From NCBI GenBank assembly GCA_963848545.1, contig CAWKEZ010000037.1:1-56413 (forward strand): a DNA stretch of 56,413 bases. The letters run 5' to 3'. Below are positions 9,765 to 19,894 of this stretch, in pieces. The notes beneath the pieces are model-generated. The model was not told the origin of the DNA. It saw only the letters and a list, made by a program, of their open reading frames with translations, and ran no database searches. The position numbers and the translations under genes are program-made. Source of the stretch: an uncultured Thermoleophilia bacterium. Lineage in GTDB: Bacteria > Actinomycetota > Thermoleophilia > UBA2241. Every line of letters starts with the position of its first letter. Position 1 is the first letter of the stretch.

Positions 9765-12162
9765 TCAGTCGCCCTCGCTCTCAGCCGCCGGCCGGTACGC
9801 GCGGGGCGGCTCGTGCTGCGCGCCGTGCGGCGCGCCAGGTTGTGCCGCCGCGCCGGCCTCGGGCAGGGCTCGGTAGCCATGACCCTCCATGCTCACGTTG
9901 GGTAGCCATTGCAGCCAGCGCGGCAGGTACCAGTTCCAGTCGCCCAGCAACTCCATGGCCGCCGGCACGATGATGGTGCGCACCACGGTCGCGTCGATGA
10001 GGATCGCGACCGCCAGGCCGAAGCCCATCTGCTGGAACATCACGAGCTGCCCGCTGGCCATGCCGGCAAACACGCAGACCATGATGAGCGCGGCGCCCGT
10101 GATGATGCCAGCCGTACGGCCCACCCCGTGGGCTACCGCCTGACGCGTGTTGCCGGTTTCGTCGTAGCGCTCCTTGATGCGGCTGAGCAGGAACACCTGA
10201 TAATCCATGCTCAGTCCGAAGAGCAGGCTGAAGAGAAAGAGCGGCACCCAGGCCTCGATGGTGCCCACCTTGGTGAAGCCGAGAAGGCCGGCGCCCACGC
10301 CCTTCTGGAAGACCAGGACCATGAGGCCGTAGGCGGCCCCCACGCTGAGCAGGTTCATGGCGATCGCCTTGGCCGGAATGACCACCGAGCGGAACGCCAC
10401 GAGCAGCAGCACGAAGCTGAGGCTCAGCACCATGACGAGGGCGATCGGCAGCCACTTGTGAAAGAAAGCCAGGTAGTCGACCACGCCGGCGGTATTGCCT
10501 GTCACGTACACCTTGGCGGGGCTGCCGGCGAAGGCCGGGGCACTATTTCGTGGCGCAGGTGCTGCACCACGTTCTGGGTGGCGGCGCCGGCTGGGTCGCC
10601 GGCGAGAGTGGTGGAGACGACCGTGAGGGTAGCTGCCTTGTTGACCACGACCTGCGAGGGTCCGAACCTGCCGTCGGCCCGCAGGGCCGCCACGAGCCGC
10701 GTCACAGCCGGCTTCACCTGCGGTGAGCCGGCAGGCCCGTCTACCACGATCTGCAGCGGGTTGGCCTTGCCCAGCGAGAACTCGCGGCCGAGGACGTCCC
10801 AGCCCTGCTTGGCATACTGACTGTCGGGCAGATAGGTCGCGCTCGTGAAGCTGCTGCCCGTCTTCATCACCAGCACCGGCGACGCCAGCACAAGCAACAC
10901 CGCCACCGCCACCGCGAGCCAGATCACCGGCCGCTGCATGATGTTATGGGCGAGGCGCTCCCACACGCTCACATGCCCCTCGCCGCGCATGACGTAGCGC
11001 CCCAGAAGGGGCACGCGCAGCGCGTTCACGCGGTCGCCGAGCAGGCCCATGACGGCAGGCAGCAACACGAGCGCCGTGAGGAGCGTAGTGACTACCACCA
11101 GCATCACGCCGAGTCCCATGCCGATGGTTATGTCGAACGGCACGATCACCATGCCCACCATGGCGAGCACGACGGTCATGCCGCTGAAGAAGATGGCCCG
11201 GTTGGCCGTGGCGCCGGTGGCGGCGATGGCGTCTATCTCGACGAGGCCGCGAGCGCGCTCCTCGCGGTAGCGGGAGATCACGAACAGCGTGTAGTCGATG
11301 CCCACGGCCAGCCCCATCATCGTGAGCACGTTCAGCACGAACGTGCTCATGGGGTAGACCTGGCCGATCACTGCGGTCAGCGCCAGCGCCAGGACGATGC
11401 TGATGATACTCAGCACGAGCGGCATGCCGGCGGCGAGCAGAGCGCCGAACACGAACACGAGCACCACGAGCGCCGCGGGCACGCCGAAGATCTCGCCGCG
11501 CTCGAGGTCTGACTTGGAGACCGTAGAGAACATCGCGTTGATGCTGGCGTCGCCTGTCTCGAAGAGCTTGAACCCGTGGCCGCCGCGGCGAGCACCACGG
11601 CGTGCAGCAGGTGCACGTTCTTGACGGCGGCGTCCACGCCTCCCGCCATGACCACCTGGACAAGCGTTGCGCGCCTGTCTTTGGAGACCAGGGTGGGGTC
11701 GCCGGTCTGGTAGTAGCCCGCGGCACTCTGCACGATGCCGGGGCCGAGGGCGTCGATCTTGCCCACCAGCCTGGCGACAAACGCTTTGTAGGCGGGCTCG
11801 CCAACGGTCGCGTCGGCCGACTGGACGATGACGAAGTCGCTGAACTTCTGTGGCCCGGTGAGGCGCGCCTGCATCAGCTCGAGACCCCTGGTACTGTCGG
11901 GCGGGGTGCCGTGAAACTTCATGTCGGAGGTCAGTCCGCTGCCCAGCAGCGTGACCACGGCGACCAGGCCCAGGACCATCACCACGCCCCAGATGCCCAG
12001 CGTGCGCCAAGGGTGTGTAGCGCTCGCGCGCGCCAAGCGCTCGGTGAACGAGCGGCCGATCGCCCCCTCGCGCCCGGCCCCGTCGCGCCCGGCCCCGTCG
12101 CGCCCGGCCCCGTCGCTCTCGGCGTTCGTCACGGCCCTCACCCCATTCGTGCTTCGCGGCAC
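9765..12162 (-). pseudogene. MMPL family (RND superfamily) transporter (frame disrupted)
   Basis: Three fragments (11410..12162, 10502..12010, 9765..10511) join into an MMPL protein. Motifs include GIDYTLFVISRYREE and GLSMDYQVFLLSRIKERYDE. Frame switches lie near 11580 and 10530. Confidence 0.85.
12068..12112. repeat. 15-bp perfect tandem repeat x3 in the MMPL N-terminus
   Basis: tcgcgcccggccccg occurs at 12068..12082, 12083..12097 and 12098..12112, plus a partial fourth unit. It encodes (DGAGR)x3 on the minus strand. Confidence 0.95.
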
Positions 12163-12364
12163 CCCACTTTAGAGGTCTTGTGTGACCAACCCATTAAGCC
12201 TGCGGCGTCGGGTGCGGCCACGCCGCGCGGCCAGGCGTACACTCACGGAGAAGACAAGAGGGGGCGGGGCGGGCCGGAGAACAAGGGGGGGCCGGCCCGG
12301 CCCGGGCTACCGCGGCCAGAGGCATGCCGGCGGTATGCGGTCGCCGCCGCCCCGCGGCGAGACT

Positions 12365-12399
12365 TGGTGCATGGCGGGCGGAGTCTGGTGCACGGCGGG
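12365..12399. repeat. 14-nt direct repeat with 21-bp phasing in the serA-mmpL intergenic region
   Basis: TGGTGCATGGCGGG (12365..12378) and TGGTGCACGGCGGG (12386..12399), 13/14 identical. A G-tract cluster (G5, G4, G3 ... G7) lies at 12260..12291. Confidence 0.5.
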
Positions 12400-12401
12400 G
12401 A

Positions 12402-14000
12402 CTAAAGCTCAACTCCCTTGCCGTCTTCGAGGCCACAGCTCTTCACGAGCTCGTCGAGCTGGCCGGCCGAGAGCGGTTCGTCCAGCGTGAGAGCCATCAC
12501 GGCCTCGTTCTCCACCGCTCCACGGCCCACCGACATGTGGCCGATGTTCACGCCCCACTGGCCCAGCAGGGTGCCCACAGCGCCACCCACGCCCGGCCGG
12601 TCGGCGTAGCGCAGGAACAGCATGTGGGGTGCCGGTTCAATGTCGATGTCTTCGCCGAAGGCCCTCACCAGACGGGGCTTGTGCTGCGCTCCCAGCGAGG
12701 TGCCCGATACAGACAGGTCGCCGTGGGCGCCGGACGCCGACACAGTGATGATCCACGGGAAATCCGGTACATCCGTCTGGCGCGTCTCCTTGGCGATCAC
12801 GCCGCGCTCGTCGGCAATGCTCTGTGCGTTCACGAAGTTGACGCGTTCGTGCACGGCATCGTGGAGCACACCCGCCAGCACCCCGAGGGTCAGGATCCGC
12901 GTGTCGTAGTAAGCGAAGCTGCCCCCGTAGCGGATCTCCACGGAGCTCACCGGGCTGCCGGCTAGATGCACCACCAGCCGGCCGAGCTGCGTGCAGAGCC
13001 CCATGTACGGCATGAGCTCGGCGGCGTCGTCGCCCAGGGCCAGGGGCACATTGACCGCGTTACTGGCGACCTGCCCCCTCACCGCCGCCGCGACCTGCTC
13101 GGCCACGGCCATGCCCGCGCGCAGCCGCGCGTCGACCGTGGAGGCGTCGAGGTGCGCTGCGAACAGCACGTTCTCGCGGCTCGCCAAGGGGTCACCATCG
13201 ACCGCATCGCCCTCGAAGACCATCACCGCCGACGCCGCCACCTTGCCGCTCTCGAGCGCGGCCAGCCACGCCTTGCGGTCAACAACCCCTGGCCGCGACA
13301 GACTGATGACCCGCACTCCGTCTCTCATGCGCGCGAACGCGTCGCGGCCCACGAATCCCTGGGCGTCGGCAGAGTCAGGCAGATGCACCACGATGAAATC
13401 GGCGGCGGCGTAAACGCGCGCGGGATCGTCTACCCGCATCAGGGGAAGCTCGTGAACGTGCTCGGGCGCCATCGCCGGGTCGTAGGCGACGACGTCCATC
13501 CCCAGGGCACGCGCGTCATGCGCGAGCCGCGCGCCAACCCGACCGAGGCCGATGATGCCCAGGGTCTTGCCGCGCACCTCCACGCCGGTGCCCGCCCATT
13601 TGTCTTCGTCCCAGCGGCCGGCCTTGAGGTCGGCGTGAGTCTGCGCCAGGTTGCGCGCGCAGGCCAAGAGCAGGGCCATGGCCTGCTCGCCCGCCGAGAC
13701 CACGTTGCTCTGCGGCGTGTTGACGACGACGATGCCGAGTCTGGTCGCCGTGGCGACGTCCACGGCATCGACGCTGGCCCCCGTGCGGCCCACCACCTCG
13801 AGGTTCGCAGCGGCGCGCAGGAGGTCTGCCGTGACTCGGGTGGCCGGCCCTACGATAAGGCCCTGGCAGCTGGCGATACGCTCTCGCACCATGTCTTCGT
13901 CCCAGCCGACGGCCGAAACCACCTCCAGCCCCGCGCCCTCGAGATACTCGAGAACCTCCGCGGCCAGATCTTCCTGAACGATGATCGTCTTCGCGCTCAT
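12402..14000 (-). CDS. serA: D-3-phosphoglycerate dehydrogenase, long (type I) form
   Basis: Intact 532-aa ORF. It has 2-hydroxyacid dehydrogenase catalytic and NAD domains (GKTLGIIGLGRVGARLA). The C-terminus has ASB and ACT-like domains (HMLFLRYADRPGVGGAVGTLLGQWGVNIGHMSVGR). Confidence 0.9.
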   Translation of the reverse strand: MSAKTIIVQEDLAAEVLEYLEGAGLEVVSAVGWDEDMVRERIASCQGLIVGPATRVTADLLRAAANLEVVGRTGASVDAVDVATATRLGIVVVNTPQSNVVSAGEQAMALLLACARNLAQTHADLKAGRWDEDKWAGTGVEVRGKTLGIIGLGRVGARLAHDARALGMDVVAYDPAMAPEHVHELPLMRVDDPARVYAAADFIVVHLPDSADAQGFVGRDAFARMRDGVRVISLSRPGVVDRKAWLAALESGKVAASAVMVFEGDAVDGDPLASRENVLFAAHLDASTVDARLRAGMAVAEQVAAAVRGQVASNAVNVPLALGDDAAELMPYMGLCTQLGRLVVHLAGSPVSSVEIRYGGSFAYYDTRILTLGVLAGVLHDAVHERVNFVNAQSIADERGVIAKETRQTDVPDFPWIITVSASGAHGDLSVSGTSLGAQHKPRLVRAFGEDIDIEPAPHMLFLRYADRPGVGGAVGTLLGQWGVNIGHMSVGRGAVENEAVMALTLDEPLSAGQLDELVKSCGLEDGKGVEL

Positions 14001-14095
14001 CGGCGGCCCCCACTCACGGACGTGTTGCTTCCCGGGATACTTGACGACAGGCTAGAGCACGTTAGTGGCAACAGTCCACCTTGGGCTCGGCTGAT

Positions 14096-15479
14096 CTAGG
14101 CCTCCGCACAAAACTCATCGAGCTGGCGGAGTACCACGGTGTCCAGATCGTCCGGCGGTTCGTAGGCCGCCAGACGCTCCGCGACGGCGCGCGTGGCGGC
14201 CCGCGACACGTTCATGGCGTCGCGCGCGCGGCGCGCCGCGGCGGGGTCTCTGCCGAACAGCTCCTCGCGGCCGAACGCGGCGGCGTGGGCGCGGGTGTGC
14301 TTGCACCCCAGGAAGGTGCCGGCGGGGCCCACCGCGGCGATTACGTCGAGGGCCTCCGACAGGTCGTCGATGGAGAGGCCGGCGTGATGCTGCAAGGCCA
14401 TCTCGATCAGATGCTCGTCGAGCACGAACTTCTCGGCTGAGAAGCCGTTGAACGAGCTCAGCATGCCGGCGGCGTGCAGCACAAAATCGACGCCTTCACG
14501 CAAGACCACGAGCATATCGGCAGCCGATTCGGCACCGGCCTGGTAGTCGACCGAATGGGCATCGGTGAGACATCCGCCGGCGCGCACGGGCAAACCGAGC
14601 TCGTGCCCGAGGCGCACAGTCTCCTCCATGAGCAGCCAGTGTGCGGCAGTGCCGAGCAGCAGTCCGCCGTCGCGCATGGAAGACACCGCCGACGTACCGC
14701 CGTAGAGCACCGGGCTGCCCGGCCTGTACGAGCTGGGCCAGGGTGATCTCGGCCAGCGATTCGGCGTGCTGCTGGGCGAGGATGCCGGCCAGTGACAGCG
14801 GCCCCGTGGTGCCGCCCATCACGCAGGGCGTGGCACACACCACCTGCCCCAAGCGGGCAAGGGTCTCGATGCTGGTGCAGACCTCGGCCGAGAGCTGTAG
14901 CGGAGAGGTGGGGTTCATTACCGCGATCACACGTGGCTCGTTTGCCCACGACTCGCCGAACACGATGCCGGCCACGGTGAGCGCATCGCTGAGCTCATCG
15001 GGCGTAGACACGTACGACTGCACCAGCTTGTCGCTCAACGCGTGCGCCGTGCAGAGAACGATGCGTTCGCGCCGCTCCACCGGCAGGTCGAGGGCCGAGG
15101 GCCCGTTGCCGTGCACGTGAACCACCGGCGAGCCGTAGCCGAGCTTCACGGCGGCCTCGAAGTCGGCGAACGTGGAGGGCCGCACCGTCTCGCCCGCGAC
15201 GGTAAACGTGGCCCCCGAGGCGGAGGCCAGGACGGGGGCCGCCCCACCGAACTCGAGGTCGCGAGCGGGCCGACGCCCGCGCACCGTGAAGGTGCGCGGA
15301 GCGTCGGCCAGCGCCTGTTCGACCATCGTGACCGGGAGGAACACGCGCCGCCCGTCTACACTGGCCCCGTGCGCGGCGAACACACTCAGAGCGCCGTCGC
15401 CGAGGACGTCTACCCCTACCTTCGCCAGGAGCTCGAGCCCTGCGCTGTGTATGCGCAGCGTGTCCTCCGCGCCGGTCAT
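14096..15479 (-). pseudogene. MttB-superfamily (trimethylamine methyltransferase-like, non-Pyl) methyltransferase, paralogue 2 (one frame switch)
   Basis: ORF 14496..15479 is the N-terminal part (MTGAEDTLRIHSAGLELLAKVGVDV...). ORF 14096..14710 is the C-terminal part (LYGGTSAVSSMRDGG...FVLDEHLIEMA...VGPAGTFLGCKHT). The switch is near 14710. There is no in-frame TAG. Confidence 0.8.
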
Positions 15480-15483
15480 GCCG

Positions 15484-16939
15484 TCAGGCCTCGGCGGCCG
15501 GCTTGAAACCCTCGACGCACTCGTTGAGGAACTGGTTCACCTCGGCGGCCAGCGGCGCCACCTCGTGCGTGGCCAGCAGCTCCCGAGCCTTCACCTTGGC
15601 GCGGACGTCCATGTCGAGACTGCCGTCGCGCTCCCAGCGGCTGAAGCCGTTGCGGTTCATGATCGTCGGTCGCCACTGCGCGGCCCGCTGGTGGCGCTTC
15701 ATGTGCTTGGTCACCATGTGGTTGCCGCCCGGCCCTACCTCGGCGATAGTGTCGACCGCCATGGTGTCGCGCGTCACCTCGACCCCGCCGAGCACGCGGC
15801 GCGTCATGCCGACGACCTCGTCGACGATAACGAGCTGCTCCGGCGCCCCGCTGAGCCCGAAGTCGAGGTAGCCGCAGTCGTGGTTTAGGTTGGAGCCCAT
15901 GAGCAGGCTCAGCATGATGACCTCGGTGATGTCGATGCCGGCCTGGACATCGACCACCGGCGAGTCGGTCATGCCTGAGTAGCCGAAGTTGGGCAGCCCG
16001 AGCCACTTGGCCATCTCGACGATACAGGCGTACGAGGTGAGATGCTCGGGCGAGGTGTAGGTGTGCTGGGCGGTCATGAGGTCGAGCACCGACGGTCCCA
16101 TGCCGAACAGGAACGGCGAGCCCGGCCGCCGGAGCTGGTGGATGACCAGCCCGAAGAGCGATTCCGCGGTGCCCTGCACCACGTGGCCGGCGCGCGTAAT
16201 GGGGGCGGTGGCCCCGGAGACGGGGGCCGGCGAGTAGATGCACGGCACGCCCCAGTCGGCGCAAAGGAGGAGCTTCTCAAGGGCCGTGTCGCTGTGCGAC
16301 AGGGGGCTCGAGGGCTCGCTGTAGATGACGAAGTATGGCTTGGCGCGCAGCGCCTCGACGCCGCCGCGGATCTGGCACGACACCTCCCACATGGCGCGCA
16401 GGTCTGCGCCGCCCTCGGCGGTCATCACCAGCGGTTTGGTGGTGTTCTGGACCATCACGCGGAACTCTTCGAGGTACGCGTGGTGCGGGTCGAGCTCGTT
16501 GGGGTAGGCGCCCGACATGACGAAGTCGAAGTTGGGCAGCGCGTCGCAAAGCCTCGCCACCCGGGCGACATCGTTCAGCGTGCTCGGGCGATGCTCGCCG
16601 GTCTCGAGGTCCCACGTGCTCATGAGGTCGGAGCCGGTGCCGAAGTAGCTGTTGAACTCGCCCAGCTCCATGGCGAGCACGCCGTTGCGATCGTAGACAG
16701 GAATCATCGGCGGGAGCGCTGGTGCGCGCCTTCTCGACCATCGCCCTGGGGATGCAGATGCGGCCGTCTGCAGCCTCGATGGCGCCCCCGGCCAGGAGCA
16801 GCGCGCGGGCCTCGTCGTGCTGCACTACCATGCCCACGCGGCCGATGATCTCGATCGCGGCGGCGTAGATCTCGCTCTTCTGCTCGTCGGTCAAGAAGCG
16901 CGGCCTGCCGACCATCGACGAGTGTCCAGTGTCAGTCAT
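15484..16939 (-). pseudogene. MttB-superfamily (non-Pyl) methyltransferase, paralogue 1 (one frame switch)
   Basis: The N-terminus (FLTDEQKSEIYAAAIEIIGRVGMVVQHDEARALL...) lies in the ORF 16277..16939 frame. The remaining 407 aa lie in ORF 15484..16707, with the typical C-terminus LVIVDEVVGMTRRVL...VGPGGNHMVTKHM. The switch is near 16715. There is no in-frame TAG. The stop is 4 nt from the start of paralogue 2. Confidence 0.85.
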
Positions 16940-16991
16940 GTTTGGTGCTCTCCATGTGAACGCGTTTGTGTTAACGAAGGGCGGGCACGGC

Positions 16992-17643
16992 TCAGCCGAC
17001 CCCGAGGATCTCCTTGGCCGTGGCCACGGCCTCGATCGCGTCTTCGGCGTAGCCGTCGGCGCCGATCTCGTCGGCCCAGGCGCGCGTCGTGGGAGCGCCG
17101 CCGATCATCACCTTGACGCCCTCGCGCAGGCCGGCGGCCTTCAGCGCCTCGATCGTCTTCTGCTGGTTGGGCATGGTGGTGGTCAGCAGGGCGGAGAGCA
17201 GCAGCAGGTCGGGCTTGAGCTCGCCGACCTTGGCGACGAAGGTCTCGACCGGCACGTCGCAGCCCACGTCGGTGACCGTGAAGCCGGCCGCACTGAGCAT
17301 GGAACTGACGATCGTCTTGCCGATCTCGTGGATGTCGCCGGCGACCGTGCCGGCCACGGCCACGCCGAGTCGCCTTGCGGCCGCCGCCGGCGGCGTCCAG
17401 GGAGGGCTGCAGCACGGCCACGGCGGCCTTCATGGCCTCGGCGCCCTGGACCAGCTCGGGGAGGAAGAACTCGCCGCGCCCGAAGAGGTCGCCGACCTCC
17501 TCGATGCCCTTGACGAAGCCGAGGTCGAGGATGTCGGCGGGCGGCAGGCCGGCCGCGAGGCCCTGGGCCGCCAGCTCTTCGGCGATCTCGACCTCACCGT
17601 CGATCACGCTTTGCTTCATCTGATCGTAGAGCTCTTCTGGCAC
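16992..17643 (-). pseudogene. cobalamin-binding corrinoid protein (MtbC/MtgC-like) (one frame switch)
   Basis: The B12-binding-2 cap domain (MPEELYDQMKQSVIDGEVEIAEEL...GEFFLPELVQGAEAMKAAV) lies in the ORF 16936..17643 frame. The Rossmann B12 domain lies in ORF 16992..17363, with DxHxxG (GDIHEIGK), SxL (LSALL) and GG (MIGGAP). The switch is near 17365. A strong SD (AAGGAGG) precedes the GTG at 17643. Confidence 0.85.
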
Positions 17644-17751
17644 TGGATCCTCCTTCGGCTCCCTTTGCGGGAACCTTTCGCGACTCCATCGATGTCAACG
17701 GGTTGAAGACGCCGCGGGCGGCCGTGCGCAGCGACCTGCCCCCGCCGGGCG

Positions 17752-18966
17752 TCAGCTCTCCAGGAACGTTTTCAGACGCTTCAGCCCCTCCTCGATCTCG
17801 CTGGTGCCGATGCCCCCGTAGGCCACCCGCAAGTAGTACCGCGTCTCAGCGTCGAGCGCGGGACCGAAGTGGGCGCGCGTGCACATCGACACGCCGGTCT
17901 CGCGGAGGACGACACGCCGGAACGCCTCGTAGTCCGTGAGCCCCTTGCGCTGCATGGCGCCGGTTACGTCGGGATAGAGGTAGAAGGTGGTGTTGGGCCG
18001 CAAACAGGTGACCCCGGCGGTTGAGTCGAGGATGTCGGCCGCCACATCGCGGCGCTCGCGCAGCACCGTGGTGATGTAGTGCGCTCCGCGCTGGTCACCG
18101 GTGAGGGCCTCCAGACCGCCCCACTGCACGAACTGGTTGGTACACGACTCGAGATTGGTGTTGAGCTTTACGATCACATCGATGACGGCCTCGGGCCCGA
18201 TCGCCGCACCCAGCCGCCAGCCGGTCATCGCGTACTTCTTGGAGAATGTAAAGAGGATCACGCAGCGGCTCTGCATGCCGGGCAGCGAGGCCAGCGAGCG
18301 GCTGCGGCCGCCGTCGAGACGCACGTCGAAGTAGGCTTCGTCGCAGAGCACCTGCAGGTCGTGCTCGAGCACCAGCTCCGCCAGCCGTTGCAGCTCGGCC
18401 GGGGTGCACTCGGCCCCGGTGGGGTTGTGCAGATCGTTCAAGATGAGCAGCCTGGTGCGCGCCGAGATGCTCCGCTCGAGGCCGTCGAGGTCGATGGCAA
18501 AACCGTTGGCGCCCTGATGCAGGGTGTAGGGCACCGCGGTGCCACCCAGGTACCCTATCAGCGAGCTGTAGATGGGAAACCCGGGGTTGGGGTAGAGCAC
18601 CTCGTCGCCGCTGTTCATCATGGCCATCAGGAACTTGCCGATCACGGGCTTGCCGCCCGGCTGCACGGCCACGTTGTCGGCGCCGTAGCTCAGCCCGCGA
18701 GCCTCGCCCACCTGCGCGGCGAGCACATCGCGCAGCTCGGGAAGGCCCGCGTTGGGGCAATACATGGTCTTGCCGTCGCGCATCGCCTTGCAGGTGGCCT
18801 CGACGATGTTCTCGGGCGTCGGCAGGTTGAGGTCGCCGAGGTGGAACGGGTACACGCGATGCCCTTGCGCCGCGAAGGCGTTCGCCTCGGCGGCCGCCGT
18901 GAACGCGTTCTCGGTGCCGAGACGATCGGTTCTACGCGCCAGCGACGCGGTCGCCACGGCAGCCAT
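17752..18966 (-). CDS. PLP-dependent aminotransferase, class I/II
   Basis: Intact 404-aa ORF with fold-type I aminotransferase pattern: YPNPGFPIY, NDLHNPTG, and the lysine motif FSKKYAMTGWRLG. The specific substrate cannot be assigned. Confidence 0.85.
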   Translation of the reverse strand: MAAVATASLARRTDRLGTENAFTAAAEANAFAAQGHRVYPFHLGDLNLPTPENIVEATCKAMRDGKTMYCPNAGLPELRDVLAAQVGEARGLSYGADNVAVQPGGKPVIGKFLMAMMNSGDEVLYPNPGFPIYSSLIGYLGGTAVPYTLHQGANGFAIDLDGLERSISARTRLLILNDLHNPTGAECTPAELQRLAELVLEHDLQVLCDEAYFDVRLDGGRSRSLASLPGMQSRCVILFTFSKKYAMTGWRLGAAIGPEAVIDVIVKLNTNLESCTNQFVQWGGLEALTGDQRGAHYITTVLRERRDVAADILDSTAGVTCLRPNTTFYLYPDVTGAMQRKGLTDYEAFRRVVLRETGVSMCTRAHFGPALDAETRYYLRVAYGGIGTSEIEEGLKRLKTFLES

Positions 18967-18968
18967 GA

Positions 18969-19814
18969 TCAGTGTGCCGCCCAGGCGACGAACTTGTCGT
19001 GCTCGCCCTCGAGCATGCGGTAGCAGTGCGCCTCTTCGGGGAAGACGCCGCCGCGCACGTCTTTGACGTACTCACGGAGAGCCGCGGTGGCCACCCCGGC
19101 CAGATCGGCGTACTTCTTCACGAACTTGGGCGTGAACGCCTGGAACGTGCCCAGCACGTCGCTCACGATGAGCAGTTGACCGTCGACCGACTCACCGGCG
19201 CCGATGCCGAGCACGGGAATAGGCAGCTCGGCCCTGATGAACGCGGCCACCTCGGGCGGCACGGCCTCGAGCAGCAGCAGCTGCACGCCTGCCTGGTAGA
19301 GGGCGCGGGCGTCTTCGACGACCAGCTTGGCGCTCTCCAGCGTGCGACCCTGGGCCTTGTGGCCGCCGAGCTGCCCCGAGCTCTGCGGCGTGAGGCCGAT
19401 GTGGCCGCAGACCACGATGCCGGCGTCGAGGATGGCCTTCACGCGGCTGATCACGCGCACCCCACCCTCGAGCTTGATGGCGTCGACGTCCGCCTCCTTC
19501 AGGAAGCGGCCGGCATTACGCACCGCCTCTTCATCGGACACCTGGTAGCTCATGAACGGCATGTCGCCGACGACGAACGCGCTGGGAGCGCCGCGACGCA
19601 CCGCCTCGCAGTGCACGATGCACTGGTCCATGGTCACCGGCACCGTGCCGGGATAGCCGTACACGCACATGCCGAGTGAGTCGCCCACCAGGATCATGTC
19701 GATGCCGGCGGCCTCCTCGAAGGTGGCCGTGGGGTAGTCGTAGGCGGTGAGCCAGGTAATCTTCTCGCCCCGGCGCTTCATCTCGTGAAGGTCGAGAACG
19801 CCCTTCTTCGGCAT
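18969..19814 (-). CDS. panB: 3-methyl-2-oxobutanoate hydroxymethyltransferase
   Basis: Intact 281-aa ORF with PanB family motifs: TAYDYPTA, LVGDSLGM, GDMPFMSY, AIKLEGG, GHIGLTPQS, IGIGAG...DGQLLV. Confidence 0.9.
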   Translation of the reverse strand: MPKKGVLDLHEMKRRGEKITWLTAYDYPTATFEEAAGIDMILVGDSLGMCVYGYPGTVPVTMDQCIVHCEAVRRGAPSAFVVGDMPFMSYQVSDEEAVRNAGRFLKEADVDAIKLEGGVRVISRVKAILDAGIVVCGHIGLTPQSSGQLGGHKAQGRTLESAKLVVEDARALYQAGVQLLLLEAVPPEVAAFIRAELPIPVLGIGAGESVDGQLLIVSDVLGTFQAFTPKFVKKYADLAGVATAALREYVKDVRGGVFPEEAHCYRMLEGEHDKFVAWAAH

Positions 19815-19894
19815 GTCGCTTCTCCTCTTCTTCTCGTGATCTTGGACGGTGGAAGGGCTTGGCTCGCCCCCCAGACCGTCCGCCTAGACGTGAC

